In this document: piece after piece, positions 1 through 9,245 of the stretch | Layout: the number at the start of each line of letters is the position of its first letter | Position numbering within the stretch: position 1 is the first letter of the stretch | Origin: an uncultured Gemmatimonadales bacterium | GTDB taxonomy: Bacteria; Gemmatimonadota; Gemmatimonadetes; Gemmatimonadales; GWC2-71-9 | DNA: 64,000 bases | Reading direction: 5' to 3' | Assembly: GCA_947259405.1 (NCBI GenBank) | Contig: CAMYLY010000004.1 | Coordinates: 171,529 to 235,528, forward strand | Translations under genes and position numbers: made by a program | Notes under the pieces: model-generated | Told to the model about the DNA's origin: nothing | Databases searched by the model: none | What the model saw: the letters and a program-made list of their open reading frames with translations, nothing else

Positions 1-1404
1 GTATTTGTGTTCGGTCTTGCAGTCAGTACAGATACGTCGCACGAGGCGCTGCGCGACAATGAGGTTCACCGCGCTCGCCACGTTGAAAGGCTCCAGACCC
101 ATGTCGAGCATTCGCGTGACTGTCGATGGGGCGTCGTTCGTGTGCAAGGTGGATAACACGAGGTGACCGGTCAACGCCGCCTTGATCGCGATTCCTCCCG
201 TTTCGATATCTCGGATCTCCCCGACCATGATGATGTTCGGATCCTGTCGGAGAAACGCCTTGAGGGCCGCGGCGAACGTCATGCCAATCTCGTTGCGGAC
301 GAGTACTTGGTTGATCCCGTGGATGTTGTACTCCACCGGATCTTCCGCCGTCATGATGTTGACCTCCGGCGTGTTGACCTGCGACAGGGCGGAATACAGC
401 GTCGTGGTCTTACCGGAGCCGGTCGGACCAGTTACGAGCACCATGCCGTAGGGATTCATGATGTTCGCCATCAGGTCCTTCTCGGCCTTGGGCTCGAACC
501 CGAACTTCTGCAAATCCAGCGTCAGGTTCCCCTTGTCGAGGATCCGGAGCACGATCTTCTCGCCAAAAATCACCGGAAGAGTCGACACGCGGAAATCGAT
601 GACGCGGCGTCCCATCTTGAGTTTGATGCGCCCGTCCTGCGGAACTCGTCGTTCTGCAATGTTCAGCGCCGACATGATCTTCACCCGACTCGTCAACGCA
701 GCCTTGAGCTTGACCGGCGGCTTCATCACGATCATGAGGGCGCCGTCGATCCGATACCGGACCTGAATCTCTTTCTCGAACGGCTCGATATGGATGTCGC
801 TGGCGCCGCGTTTGACCGCGTCGGTCAGGATCCCGTTGATGAGCTTGACCACAGGTGCGTCATCCGCCACCTGCGTGGGAACGTCCTCATCCTCTTGCTC
901 CTCGATGACCTCCAGGTCCTCTTCTTCGATCTCCGAGAGCAGGTTCTCAAGCTGCGCGTCGGTCTGCTCATAGTACTTCTCAATTTGCGTGCGGAGCGTG
1001 AATTCACCAGCGATGACCGGGAAGATGTCGTAACGCGTGATGAACTTGAGATCATCGATGGTGGTCACGTTGGTTGGTTCGGCCATCGCGACCGTCAACG
1101 TGCGGCCTTCGCGTTTGAGCGGGAGCACGTAGTGCTTAATCGCTACGTCGCCCGGAATCAGCTTGACGATCTTGTCGTCGACCTCGAAGCGGGCAAGGTC
1201 GACCGCGGGTACTCGATACTGCCGCGCGAGCATCTTGGTGATCTCGATCTCCTGCACGAGACCGAGCCTGACCAACGTGTAGCCCAACCGCATCCCAGAG
1301 TTGCGTTGCTCTACGAGAGCCTGTTGAAGCTGGTCGCGAGAGATCAAACCCTCTTTGACGAGGAGATCGCCTAGCCGATCAGGCTGTGCCGCTGCAGTTG
1401 CCAC
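1..1404 (-). CDS. pilB: Type IV pilus assembly / type II secretion ATPase, PilB/GspE family (C-terminus runs off the left window edge)
   Basis: Absent from the ORF track because it has no stop in the window. The minus frame is open from GTG at 1404 to base 1. My translation gives N-terminal QPDRLGDLLVKEGLISRDQLQQ and Walker A MVLVTGPTGSGKTTTLYSAL (its ATG at 444-442 is in frame with 1404). It continues with EDPVEY, RQDPNIIMVGEIRD, LTGHLVLSTLHTNDA and RRICTDCKTEHKY. The listed + ORF 163..1374 is its antisense shadow. Confidence 0.9.
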   Translation of the reverse strand, partial: MATAAAQPDRLGDLLVKEGLISRDQLQQALVEQRNSGMRLGYTLVRLGLVQEIEITKMLARQYRVPAVDLARFEVDDKIVKLIPGDVAIKHYVLPLKREGRTLTVAMAEPTNVTTIDDLKFITRYDIFPVIAGEFTLRTQIEKYYEQTDAQLENLLSEIEEEDLEVIEEQEDEDVPTQVADDAPVVKLINGILTDAVKRGASDIHIEPFEKEIQVRYRIDGALMIVMKPPVKLKAALTSRVKIMSALNIAERRVPQDGRIKLKMGRRVIDFRVSTLPVIFGEKIVLRILDKGNLTLDLQKFGFEPKAEKDLMANIMNPYGMVLVTGPTGSGKTTTLYSALSQVNTPEVNIMTAEDPVEYNIHGINQVLVRNEIGMTFAAALKAFLRQDPNIIMVGEIRDIETGGIAIKAALTGHLVLSTLHTNDAPSTVTRMLDMGLEPFNVASAVNLIVAQRLVRRICTDCKTEHKY

Positions 1405-1484
1405 TATTGGTCGATAGGAAGGAAACGAAGATCCGTCAAGTCCTTTGGGCGCAACGAGGTAAAGTACGAGGGCAAAAGGGGGTG

Positions 1485-2099
1485 TCAAGAGACTCTGACG
1501 TAGGGACGTACGCGTTCCACAGTCTTTGGTCCGATGCCGGGGACCCGAGTCAGATCATCCACACGAAGGTAGTGTCCATTGCGATCCCGATCCTCGACAA
1601 TTGCCGCCGCTCGAGTCGGGCCTACCCCCGGCAGCCGGGCCAATTCACGAGCATTGGCGCGGTTGAGGTCGAGCGTCTCGGATTGGACGGCCTGAGTGCG
1701 CGTCGCCCGACCTGAGAACTCGACGTGCCGCTCGATCGTCCTGAGCGTCGAAGGCCCTATGCCTGACACACGACCCAACTCGTCTAAAGAGCCAAACGGG
1801 CCAGACTCGGTACGATCTTCAACGATTCGCGTGGCGAGTGCCGGCCCAATTCTCGGCAACCGGATCAGCTCCTCGGCGGCCGCAAGATCAACATTGATGC
1901 GCTCGTCGCGTCCCAAAGGGCGGGCGAGGCGTGCCGCGCGGGCCTCCACCGAGTCCAACGTCGGGCGCTCCGTACCCGCCGGCGCATAGCCAATAGCACC
2001 GGGTGCCTCCGGTCCAAGCGCCACCCAACGCACACCCGCGCCCACCACCGCGACACAGAGCAGTACCAGCGCTGCACGCCGATCGTTGCGAGAAGGCAT
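1485..2099 (-). CDS. comEA: ComEA-family helix-hairpin-helix DNA-binding (competence) protein
   Basis: Track ORF 1485..2210. The likely start is internal Met38 (MPSRNDRRAALVLLCVAVVGAG, a membrane anchor). It has two HhH modules: LIRLPRIGPALATRIVEDRTESGPFGSLDELGRVSGIGPSTL and LDLNRANARELARLPGVGPTRAAAIVEDRDRNGHYLRVDDLTRVPGIGPKT. Confidence 0.8.
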   Translation of the reverse strand: MPSRNDRRAALVLLCVAVVGAGVRWVALGPEAPGAIGYAPAGTERPTLDSVEARAARLARPLGRDERINVDLAAAEELIRLPRIGPALATRIVEDRTESGPFGSLDELGRVSGIGPSTLRTIERHVEFSGRATRTQAVQSETLDLNRANARELARLPGVGPTRAAAIVEDRDRNGHYLRVDDLTRVPGIGPKTVERVRPYVRVS

Positions 2100-2178
2100 A
2101 CGGCAAGCTGAGGTACCGAACTGGCCCCGGGACAACCCGGTTCCTGCAGGTGGTGGCTGGAAAAACGCGGGCGGCGCG

Positions 2179-3069
2179 CTACCGCAAGAGCGCCATGGCC
2201 ACGTCCCCAACGATTTGCAGACTCTCGGCGCTGATCTTGTCGATGGTGTCGTCAGGCGTATGCCAATACGGATAGTCGAGGTCGATCACGTCGATCGCGC
2301 GTACGCCAGCGTCAAGGAGCGGCACGTGATCATCCGTAACGGCGGATCGTACCGTCGGGCGGAAGGAGCGACCGTACCCGAGCTCGCGTGCGCGAGTCCA
2401 GACCCGCTCCACGACCTCAGGGGCACGCGATACGGAGTGTCCTTCCTGCAGAATGCGGAGATCCGCATCTCCGATCATGTCCCACACGACGGCGAACAGC
2501 GGAAACGCCGCGGGATCCAGCGAGGCAGCATAATACTTCGATCCCAACAGCACGTCTTTCCCAACCCCGAAGTCTCCGTAGTCCTCGCCATCGACGAACA
2601 CAAGATCGACGCCGAACGCCGACGGCCGCTGGGCTAAGACGTCGGCCACCCCAAGCAACAGCGCCACGCCCGAAGCCCCATCATTGGCACCCGGCACGGG
2701 CAGTCGCTGCGCACCCACGTTCCGACTTTGGTCAGAATAGGGGCGGGTATCCCAATGCGCCATGTACAGGATGCGTTCGGACAGGTCGGGACGAAATCGC
2801 CCAATGAAGTTCCGCAACCGTAACGTGTCACCATCCACACTCACATGCGTGAATTCCTGTACCTCGACGGAATCCGCGCGTTCACGCAGTTGCTCCAGAA
2901 TCCAGTCACCGGCCCGCCGATGCCCGTCCGTATTCGGCACCCGGGGCCCGAAGGCCAACTGGGCCTCGGCATACGCGAAGGCACGCGCTCCGTCAAATTC
3001 CCGTTGCGCTGCGGTTCCCGACCCGCATCCCAACAGCGTTACGAGCACGGCTGTGACAGTTCGTGTCAT
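2179..3069 (-). CDS. M28-fold lipoprotein, glutaminyl-peptide cyclotransferase-like / M28 peptidase
   Basis: Lipoprotein signal MTRTVTAVLVTLLGC. Motifs seen: MAHWDTRPYSD, GANDGASGVALLLG, VFVDGEDYG, WHTPDDT. Its ATG overlaps the stop of the upstream giant gene (tcat at 3066-3069). Confidence 0.65.
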   Translation of the reverse strand: MTRTVTAVLVTLLGCGSGTAAQREFDGARAFAYAEAQLAFGPRVPNTDGHRRAGDWILEQLRERADSVEVQEFTHVSVDGDTLRLRNFIGRFRPDLSERILYMAHWDTRPYSDQSRNVGAQRLPVPGANDGASGVALLLGVADVLAQRPSAFGVDLVFVDGEDYGDFGVGKDVLLGSKYYAASLDPAAFPLFAVVWDMIGDADLRILQEGHSVSRAPEVVERVWTRARELGYGRSFRPTVRSAVTDDHVPLLDAGVRAIDVIDLDYPYWHTPDDTIDKISAESLQIVGDVAMALLR

Positions 3070-6000
3070 CGGATCTGCCCCGCTAAGAGAGTCACGTCAG
3101 CGAATACGGCGAACACGACTTGCGTGAGACGGCTGGCCGTGTGCCGGAGATCGCTGAGAACATAGCTAAAGCTCACCCCGGCTCGCACGGACTCCGCCAC
3201 CCCCGTGTCGAGGCGGATGTCGAACTGCTCGCGACGACTGTCGGAGATGGTCCGACATTCCTCGCTGCCAACCTGTAGGATGCATACGGCCACCTTCGAG
3301 GTGTTGTACGACACAGTCGAGTTCACACGATCCCGCATTCGCACGAAACTCTCGGGAAGTCTGAAGGCATACCGCGCACTTGCACCCCAATCGCGCAGAG
3401 TGCTCTTCGTGATGTTGCCCGACGTGACGCCATCTCCTGACCCTCCCGTGTATTGAAACGCCGTGGTAAGACCGATCCGCCACACTATCGTCGCGGATGG
3501 GGTGAACCGCATCGAATTGTTCTCAGTCGTAACCCCGTTTCCGGCAACGGTTCCGAGCGGTGTCTGCACTGTGGCCGTCTTGACGACGCGATATCGCGCA
3601 TTTGCAGAAATGTTGGTGATGAGCGACTGCAGACCTGACCGGGGCGCCCAGACCCAGGAAAACGACATTGCTGGCCATTCACGCTGTTTCACCAGCACCT
3701 GGGTCTGTCGGTCATCCCGTCGAGCCCAGGCTTTCTCCGTAAAGTCTCGATAGGAAAGCCGCACCTGAATCGATGCCGGGAGGCGAGCGCCAGCGGACGC
3801 CTGCAGCGTGGCGGCTTCTCCTGCGGCCGTGGCTGGCACACCGTCCTGGGCGCGAAAGCTCCCAAGTTCACCGAAGCCCAATCGAAATCCGAGTGTCGGA
3901 TCAAAGGGGCTCCGATCGAATGTCGAACGTAGCCTTCGGCGAAAGCTGATATCGGCCGGGAGCAGAACACCAAAGAGATCGGCGATCAGCCCTGAGTCGC
4001 CAACGATACCCGAAACCAGCCGCGCCGCGTCGAAGGTCGCACCAATCTCACTCTGTCGTCCTTTGGACTGAGATTCAGGCAGTTTGAACGCTGCCACCGA
4101 GGCCTGCGTGGGTATGAGCACGTCAGACCGATTGGGGTCCCGGAGGAACACGTGGGTCGATGTCCATCGAACACGCGGTCGCAGCCAGTTTGCCACGGGC
4201 GGAGACGCGGTGAGTTCGGTGACGAGGGTCCGCGATCGCTCAAACCCGACGTCAAGCCCCGCCAACGCCCGACTTTCTTGCTCGAGCAATCTCCCTGTAG
4301 TGGTGGAATCGCCGTAATCTTGTAGATCGCGCTCGCTCGCTAACGTGAGGCGTACCCCAAGCGAGTTGTACGGTCGCATTTGCACCTCGATCTCATTGCG
4401 CCACAGGTGCCGCAAAGACCGGAGCGATCGCACCGCACTGTCAGATCCGAGGGTCACCGGGACCCGAAACGTCGAGCGGGTCGTCCGATAGTCAACGAGG
4501 GAGGATGAAAAGCGGACTTGATACGGGTTCCAGCGAAAGCGTGATGAACGGATGGCTTCGCCAAATTCACTGTTCTTGAGCCAGTCCGGCAACGTTTCGA
4601 ACAGTCGAACGAGGAACGTGGGCGCCCCTTGAATCGTGCGGGGGTCGGGGAGGTTGTCGTACTGCACGTGGAGTTCCCGGTTGCGCAGGTTCGCGCTCGC
4701 GTACGATGTCACGTTCGTCGTCGTCTCGCCGCGTGCGCGCACCGTCCACGGATCCACCAATACCCTCTCCAGTGTCGACGCTCCCCGTCTCGATCGACGG
4801 AAGGACGCTTCGACGACCGTGCCCGACGACCGTGGTTGCCTCAAACCCCCAAGTTCGGTGGCGAGGAGATCGGTGCGCTCGACGTAGAACGGCGTGTTCG
4901 TGGACCGCAGATACTGCACCGAGACCGGGATGATGAACCCCCACGCATCGGGCAAGAACTTGTCAGCTCGCATGGTTGCGCCGATCCGGGTCGAGCCGTC
5001 AGTCACATACGGCGGTTGCTCCCCAAGCTGGCGGAAGTTTTCGTCCCGGTTTCGATGCACAAAACTCAGGTCTAAGAAATCGGCAGCCGACAGACGTGCG
5101 TTGATGGAGCGCGCAAACCCACTGTTATCGACCACTTCGCTCAACCTGATGTCGTTCACCCACAGCTCGGCCGGATCAATCACCGTCTGCTCAGCCACGC
5201 GGAGAATACCGACAGCCATCTCGGATACGGCTGCGAGGTTGGGAGGGCTGACACCCGGGTCGCGCACGTGTACGAGATAGGGCCCATCGCACGCGACGTA
5301 GGCCGTGCTGTCTCCTCCACACGCTGCCGCACCCGACGGTGGCTGCCCACTGAGCCACGCAGATTCCACTTGTGCCCGCAATGCGAGCCACCGCGAAAGC
5401 TGGATGACTACTTCCGGCTCCCACGTCGCTGTCTGGGCAGGCGTCCGATACAAGTAGAAGTTGTGCTCGTCGCGGCCGACTTTGATGAAGAACTCGAGGT
5501 CGCCCTCATCCCATCCCGCCCCCCGACCGCGCGCCCACACGCGAAGCGCGCCGTACTGCAGGAAGTTGCGATCGGCGTCGACCGCAAACCGCGTAAACGC
5601 CTCGGCTCGCTCATCCGCGCGCAAGTCGTTGGCGAGTATCCGAAGCGAGGTTTCGTTCACCTGAGTGACGCCAATCTGAAACGCTGCCTCTCGACGGTCA
5701 GCCACGTCGGTCAGACCGGGTGGAGACTCGTACCCCAGCTCCCGATCCTCAGTGGTCACCACTGACACGGCCACCTCGCCTCGAAGCTCGCCGTCCTTGC
5801 CACTCAGATCCCGGATCGGGGTGTCAGCGCGCTTGAGCCACGGTGCACCCACGAGCCGAACTCGCGCGAGGGCAAGCGACAGTTCGCTCTCCGGTGGCCC
5901 CTGATCCGGTACCACGAACGTCACTCGCAAGGCCTCGACCTGCCTGATGTTCGGTGTGCCCACTTGCAGGCTGTCCTCGCGTATGGGCACGCGATACAGG

Positions 6001-9000
6001 CGCCATGTGACCGCGCGCCCCCTGTCGTCGAACACGGTAACACCGTTACGCACGAAGTACCGTGAATCTCCGAGGGGGAACACGTAGCGAAAGACGTCTT
6101 CTTGCGTCTGACCCACCGTTACATCCAACCGGTTATCCCCATTGAGGTCTTCGGTATCGAGTCGCGTATTCCTTCTTGTACACGACGCCCGCAAGTTCCC
6201 AAGCGTGAAGACCGGGAGGCCTGCGAGACTTTGGAGGTCACACAGTGGAAAATCTGTGAGCGTTTCGCCCGTGGTAACGTTCTGGATCGCGTCCACCCGA
6301 TCGCCCAGGATCCCCCGGTCGTCCACGACCGCGTTATAGACATTCGTAATGGTGTCGCGTTCGGTATCGAGTCGGCCCATCCCGGCCACCGCCCGACCGG
6401 CGAAAACAGTATCAGTCCCGACCACTTGAAGTTGGGTGGGAACGCTGGCAGCCGCATCTTCTCGAACGCGTCCAAGATCGAATACGAGCGTCGCCTCGAG
6501 CTGCCGGGCCTCGAGGTTGGCATCCTCGAGCACCCAAAACTCCAGGAACTCCGTGCGCGACAGGTCCACGCCTACGCCCGACCCGCCGCCGAGCGGTTGG
6601 ACGATGCTGCGCCACCGCGGTCCGGGAACGTGCGGTATGAGCCACCGAGGCTCACCGGTCACTGGATCGGGTGCGCCACCGACCGTGTCGGATTTCAGGG
6701 TCAACCACAGGACGGCTTCAGCCCCCGTACCCGTGCCGGTGAGAACGATCGTCGAATCGATGTCCCGTGGCGAGAACTCGATGGGGAGGCCGTTAATGTC
6801 CTGAATCGTGTTCTGCCATACCAGCGGCACGGCATCGTCGCTCTCGAAAGCGTCCAGCGCACCGAGGTGGGTCAGCGGCAGTCCCCGACCCGAGGCCGGA
6901 GCACTGCTGTACTGGAACCGTCGTTCGAGCAAGCTGATCGGAAGCGAGGCACGCTGTTCGAAATCGTCCAAGTACGCCACCCCAAGCCGATTGGGGTTGG
7001 GCTGTGACATGGCGAACTCAGCCGTTACATCGAGGCGTGACGGAACATCCGTGTCCACGAGCGGCAACCCGTCAATCAGACCGGTCAATCCCGGCACTTC
7101 GAGTTGCACGTCGCCACTCAGCGCACCAATGAATCCAGATTGTGGCTCGATCCCCAGCACCGGCCGAGTGAAGCTGGTGCGATCATTCTGCAACATCCCG
7201 AGCGCATGCAGTCGTACGTCGGGCGAAACGTGATACGTGCTGGCAAAACCGAGCACGTTTTGCCGTGCTTGGTCGAAGAACTGGTTTTCCTCGAATTGGA
7301 CGCGCACGGTTGTTGGGCCAACAAACAAGGCGGCCGGTTGGAGGAACGAAATCAAGCCCACCGAATAGTCGACTTCGTAGTCCACGCCACGTACCAGTTG
7401 GCGGTCCCCGATGAACACTTTCTCGCTCTCGGCACGGACCTGCAGCGCACCGAGGCTGAGCGTGCCTTGATCCCCTGCTCCCGACGCTTCGAATCCTAAG
7501 CGGAGCGCATATCGCGGCGCAGGACCTTGCGTTGGTAGCAAGTACGTGGGCGTCCGGTACAAGGAGTCGTTCACCTCGGCACCCACCAGCACCGTGCTGT
7601 CCGCGAACGGCGTGAGGTTCGGGAACACGATGAAGTGATCGCGTATTGGTGCCCCCTCCGCCGCATCCCGCAGTCGAGGGAACATGCGGTTGAATTCGTC
7701 GAGGCTGTTGGGATCGGTCGAGCGCGCCAGCCCTAGGCTCGAGAGGTAGGTCCCCTCGCCGCTGAGCGGCCGTTCGGACTCGTTCAGGAGAATGGCGAGT
7801 CGTGCCGTGTTACGCGCGACCTCCGTGCCACCGAGACGATACACGCTTCGAATCTCGTGGAGGAACGTCGGAACTTCGGGGCCGCGCTTTGGTTCGTGAA
7901 TGAGTTCGAGACTATCCAGCACCCCGTTGATCGACGGATACGTCCCAACCGTGTCACCAGATGCCGTGACGTAGGAAACGGCGAGGAAATCCTCCCGACC
8001 TATGCGTGTTACCAGCGCGAGCCAGAAACGCGATGGGTCGATATAGTAATCCCGACCCTCTACGAGGATCTCCCAGGAAAACGGCCCAACTCGTTGCGGG
8101 CTGTCTCGGCGTATGGCGACTGCGTCAATGCCTCCCAGGTTGGGATTCTCTTCAACAAATCCTGATTGCGCGCGCAGGCGGTACACCCGCACGTCGACGG
8201 GCCGTTCCAACGCCGTGAGAGCACCAGGATCGAGATTGAGGATATCGAGATCGGGATAACCCGCGATCAATGCCGGGTTGACGGTGAAAAAGAAGCGGCC
8301 GGTTTCAAAATCTAGTTCGCGTGATTCGAACGACACAGGCTGCGTAGCCGTCGCTCCAACCAGAAACGAACGGGTGCGTATGGCGGACCCCCGCTGTTGG
8401 GCGAACACTGATCGGAGATCGAGATTACCCACCTGCGCTTCGACCTGCAGGCCAAACGAATTCGACGGGACACCCGCGTTGATGAACTGCGATGACGGGG
8501 CCTGAAACGTCACATTGCCCACTTCAATGCGCTGAAGAAACTCGTCTTCAAGCCCCTGATACCACACGCGAATGTCGTTGTTGACGTTGAACTCGCGCTC
8601 GGAGTCGAAGTCCACGTTCACGTTGAGCCGGTCGGAAACCACACCGCCGGCTCGCACCTGGAACAGCGACTCGAACGTGGGCGTTGGGAACCCACCCCGG
8701 CAGCCCGATCCGGGGTCGACCACGTCGATGGCCGTGCACTGCGCGTTCCGCAGTTGATCGAAGCGCATCTCGAGGTGCGCGGTTGCGTCGAGACCGAGGT
8801 CGGCCAGTCCCGCCAATTCTGCACCCAGCGGCGGGGTCGGCTCGGCGAGGTCGCTCGGACGGGGAATCGTGATCGTGTCCTGCACCGGGGGCGCCGGGAA
8901 CGTCGGTGTCCGCCGTGTACGTGCGGCCGCCGTCACCAGCGCGTCGGTTCGCTGACGCCATTGGGCGATCTGGATCGCGGGCGAGGGTCGATAGGCGAGT

Positions 9001-9209
9001 GGCCAACCGGCTATCTGGACCACCGCAGAGGTAAGCGCAGTTGGAAGATCAAACCGATGCCGGAGTCTCGGACCAGACGTGTCCTGCGACCACGCAGGCG
9101 TCGCCACGGCCGCCAAAGCCGTCGCCACGCCCCCGGCCAAGAGCCACAACCTCACGGATCTTGCGGGGTACAGCTTGTACACAACGGGAGTCCCCGGTAT
9201 TATGGCCAC
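3066..9209 (-). CDS. sprA: Giant secreted outer-membrane protein, SprA-like (candidate type IX secretion translocon)
   Basis: A single 2047-aa ORF with signal peptide RLWLLAGGVATALAAVATPAWSQ. GTG at 9155 is an alternative start giving MRLWLL. The protein is beta-rich. The segment EDEFLQRIEVGNVTFQAPSSQF...FGLQVEAQVGNLDLRSVFAQQRGS matches the conserved SprA N-terminal motif as I remember it. No profile search was possible. Confidence 0.55.
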   Translation of the reverse strand: MAIIPGTPVVYKLYPARSVRLWLLAGGVATALAAVATPAWSQDTSGPRLRHRFDLPTALTSAVVQIAGWPLAYRPSPAIQIAQWRQRTDALVTAAARTRRTPTFPAPPVQDTITIPRPSDLAEPTPPLGAELAGLADLGLDATAHLEMRFDQLRNAQCTAIDVVDPGSGCRGGFPTPTFESLFQVRAGGVVSDRLNVNVDFDSEREFNVNNDIRVWYQGLEDEFLQRIEVGNVTFQAPSSQFINAGVPSNSFGLQVEAQVGNLDLRSVFAQQRGSAIRTRSFLVGATATQPVSFESRELDFETGRFFFTVNPALIAGYPDLDILNLDPGALTALERPVDVRVYRLRAQSGFVEENPNLGGIDAVAIRRDSPQRVGPFSWEILVEGRDYYIDPSRFWLALVTRIGREDFLAVSYVTASGDTVGTYPSINGVLDSLELIHEPKRGPEVPTFLHEIRSVYRLGGTEVARNTARLAILLNESERPLSGEGTYLSSLGLARSTDPNSLDEFNRMFPRLRDAAEGAPIRDHFIVFPNLTPFADSTVLVGAEVNDSLYRTPTYLLPTQGPAPRYALRLGFEASGAGDQGTLSLGALQVRAESEKVFIGDRQLVRGVDYEVDYSVGLISFLQPAALFVGPTTVRVQFEENQFFDQARQNVLGFASTYHVSPDVRLHALGMLQNDRTSFTRPVLGIEPQSGFIGALSGDVQLEVPGLTGLIDGLPLVDTDVPSRLDVTAEFAMSQPNPNRLGVAYLDDFEQRASLPISLLERRFQYSSAPASGRGLPLTHLGALDAFESDDAVPLVWQNTIQDINGLPIEFSPRDIDSTIVLTGTGTGAEAVLWLTLKSDTVGGAPDPVTGEPRWLIPHVPGPRWRSIVQPLGGGSGVGVDLSRTEFLEFWVLEDANLEARQLEATLVFDLGRVREDAAASVPTQLQVVGTDTVFAGRAVAGMGRLDTERDTITNVYNAVVDDRGILGDRVDAIQNVTTGETLTDFPLCDLQSLAGLPVFTLGNLRASCTRRNTRLDTEDLNGDNRLDVTVGQTQEDVFRYVFPLGDSRYFVRNGVTVFDDRGRAVTWRLYRVPIREDSLQVGTPNIRQVEALRVTFVVPDQGPPESELSLALARVRLVGAPWLKRADTPIRDLSGKDGELRGEVAVSVVTTEDRELGYESPPGLTDVADRREAAFQIGVTQVNETSLRILANDLRADERAEAFTRFAVDADRNFLQYGALRVWARGRGAGWDEGDLEFFIKVGRDEHNFYLYRTPAQTATWEPEVVIQLSRWLALRAQVESAWLSGQPPSGAAACGGDSTAYVACDGPYLVHVRDPGVSPPNLAAVSEMAVGILRVAEQTVIDPAELWVNDIRLSEVVDNSGFARSINARLSAADFLDLSFVHRNRDENFRQLGEQPPYVTDGSTRIGATMRADKFLPDAWGFIIPVSVQYLRSTNTPFYVERTDLLATELGGLRQPRSSGTVVEASFRRSRRGASTLERVLVDPWTVRARGETTTNVTSYASANLRNRELHVQYDNLPDPRTIQGAPTFLVRLFETLPDWLKNSEFGEAIRSSRFRWNPYQVRFSSSLVDYRTTRSTFRVPVTLGSDSAVRSLRSLRHLWRNEIEVQMRPYNSLGVRLTLASERDLQDYGDSTTTGRLLEQESRALAGLDVGFERSRTLVTELTASPPVANWLRPRVRWTSTHVFLRDPNRSDVLIPTQASVAAFKLPESQSKGRQSEIGATFDAARLVSGIVGDSGLIADLFGVLLPADISFRRRLRSTFDRSPFDPTLGFRLGFGELGSFRAQDGVPATAAGEAATLQASAGARLPASIQVRLSYRDFTEKAWARRDDRQTQVLVKQREWPAMSFSWVWAPRSGLQSLITNISANARYRVVKTATVQTPLGTVAGNGVTTENNSMRFTPSATIVWRIGLTTAFQYTGGSGDGVTSGNITKSTLRDWGASARYAFRLPESFVRMRDRVNSTVSYNTSKVAVCILQVGSEECRTISDSRREQFDIRLDTGVAESVRAGVSFSYVLSDLRHTASRLTQVVFAVFADVTLLAGQIR

Positions 9210-9245
9210 CTCAAGCTGTTGTATCCATATAAGTTACGGCCGCGC

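Noticed and set aside
163-1374. The 403-aa + strand ORF, with similar long ORFs at 6102..7007 (+), 10303..11142 (-), 26361..27437 (-), 33707..34552 (+), 49755..50948 (+), 50392..51216 (-) and 62635..63378 (-).
   Set aside because: All lie antisense to, or out of frame with, genes that have clear family motifs on the other strand or frame. Their translations are Arg/Asp/His/Pro-rich low-information sequence, typical of shadow ORFs in GC-rich DNA.
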